Source of the DNA: Candidatus Bathyarchaeota archaeon
GTDB lineage: Archaea; Thermoproteota; Bathyarchaeia; TCS64
Direction of reading: 5' to 3'
DNA length: 64,000 nucleotides
NCBI GenBank assembly: GCA_963780545.1
Contig: CAWACK010000024.1
Span: forward strand, 9,589 to 73,588
Part shown: piece by piece, positions 63,221 through 64,000 of the stretch
How the letters are laid out: the number at the start of each line of letters is the position of its first letter
How positions within the stretch are numbered: position 1 is the stretch's first letter
Notes under the pieces: model-generated
Database searches by the model: none
Told to the model about the DNA's origin: nothing
The model's input: only the letters and a program-made list of their open reading frames with translations
Translations under genes and position numbers: made by a program

Positions 63221-64000
63221 TCAGGCTTTGACCTTGTACTTCTCGTATAGTCGCTTCAGCCCAGCCTCAAGCTCCTTCTGGCGGTTCTCTTGGTCGAGAG
63301 GTTTAAGCTCCTTGCAGTCATAACCGACAACCTCTTTCATATACCCAACATTTTCGTCTCGGAACACGACGGTTCCATCGGGCTTCACGCTTTCAATTCC
63401 GTCGATACGACCGCCCTCTTCATTCACCTTTACCGCCTCTTCGAGACTTATGCCTGGAAGAACCAGCTCAGCTCCCTTTTCACTCAACTTGCAAGGGTAG
63501 GCGCCTGGGAGACCATTAGGACCGGCTACGCTTGCGCATACCTCTCCTGTGTTATAGTAGATGGCGAGACAATGCTTGAGGAAACTACTGCTTGTTCTAA
63601 ACTGGTCGACGAGAGCGCTCGGGTATTGGATCGATTTCCCGTAACCAAAATTTTGGTACATCTTAACAAGTTCTTTATGAGGGTACCTTTTTGTAACATC
63701 GTTGCCGTCGGCTATGATTTTGTACCACATGGGTCCATTCATTCTGGCTGTGTAGTAAGTTCCATGTGCCCAACGCCATAGATGAATACATTCCTAAATG
63801 GAATCTTCATGTCTCTCGCGACGAGTCTACGGATTCTACTTATGCCAAGGTCCATGTTGCCACCTCCACAGGTTGGAGTCATCCCAAACTTTGAGAGGAT
63901 GACATTGGTGAGGTCGGGAAAGGCTCCGTTGACGACGTGCGTTTTTATGTTCGACTTCTTCACCGCCTGCATCAGTTTATAAGCGAGTGTAAAGTGGTTC
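63221..64000 (-). pseudogene. oxidoreductase-like gene (possibly saccharopine-dehydrogenase family) with frameshift at ~63740; 5' end beyond window
   Basis: Adjacent minus-strand ORFs 63739..63972 and 63221..63742 in different frames read as one continuous protein. Confidence 0.3.

Noticed and set aside
1-64000. Genome-wide reassignment of TAG to a sense codon
   Set aside because: TAG terminates many well-delimited genes here (for example RamA 5475-5477, 12311-12313, 40337-40339, 47828-47830, 49781-49783, 51918-51920 as TAGTAG, 61188-61190). For the last of these the next in-frame stop is far downstream. Only two genes have internal TAG.
1-64000. CRISPR array or cas genes
   Set aside because: No regularly spaced 25-40-bp direct repeats with unique spacers were seen. 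The only tandem repeats are coding (heptad or charged repeats) or the cassette repeats described above.

Overview
This 64-kb window reads as an archaeal chromosomal segment, probably from a TACK/Bathyarchaeia-like, F420-using lineage. It is about 50% GC, densely coding on both strands, with roughly 60 genes.

Recognisable content, in order along the window:
- A corrinoid-dependent methyl-transfer module at 1.5-6.5 kb: a B12-binding corrinoid protein, a pyrrolysine-free MtmB-family methyltransferase, a RamA-like reductive activase, and an MtaA/MtbA-like URO-D-family methyltransferase.
- A TPP riboswitch controlling a ThiW-like ECF S-component.
- A PrpF/PrpB/PrpD (methylcitrate-cycle-like) cluster with a regulator and an MFS transporter.
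- A DtxR-FeoA regulator followed by FeoB.
- An alpha-glucan phosphorylase carrying an N-terminal YHS metal-binding domain.
- A repeat-rich surface protein with an ABC-2 exporter.
- Two paralogous tandem pairs of ESCRT-III (CdvB)-like genes, one immediately upstream of a Vps4/CdvC AAA ATPase.

Unusual signals:
- Two otherwise intact genes, the MtaA-like methyltransferase and an ABC ATPase, each carry a single in-frame TAG at a conserved Gln-like position. TAG is also used as an ordinary stop in this window.
- At least five genes show frameshifts or truncation: the DapA-like, AlaX-like, a membrane protein, an SDH-like gene, and a flavodoxin fragment.
- An alternating-GC palindromic motif (CGCGCGCG / GTGCGCGCAC) recurs in nearly every intergenic region.
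- Three islands of atypical G/T-ending, CpG-rich codon usage sit at 25.8-26.4, 36.5-37.1 and 60.66-61.4 kb. One starts in the middle of the Vps4 gene and one lies inside a ~1-kb cassette flanked by perfect 14-bp direct repeats.

No rRNA, convincing tRNA or CRISPR array was found.
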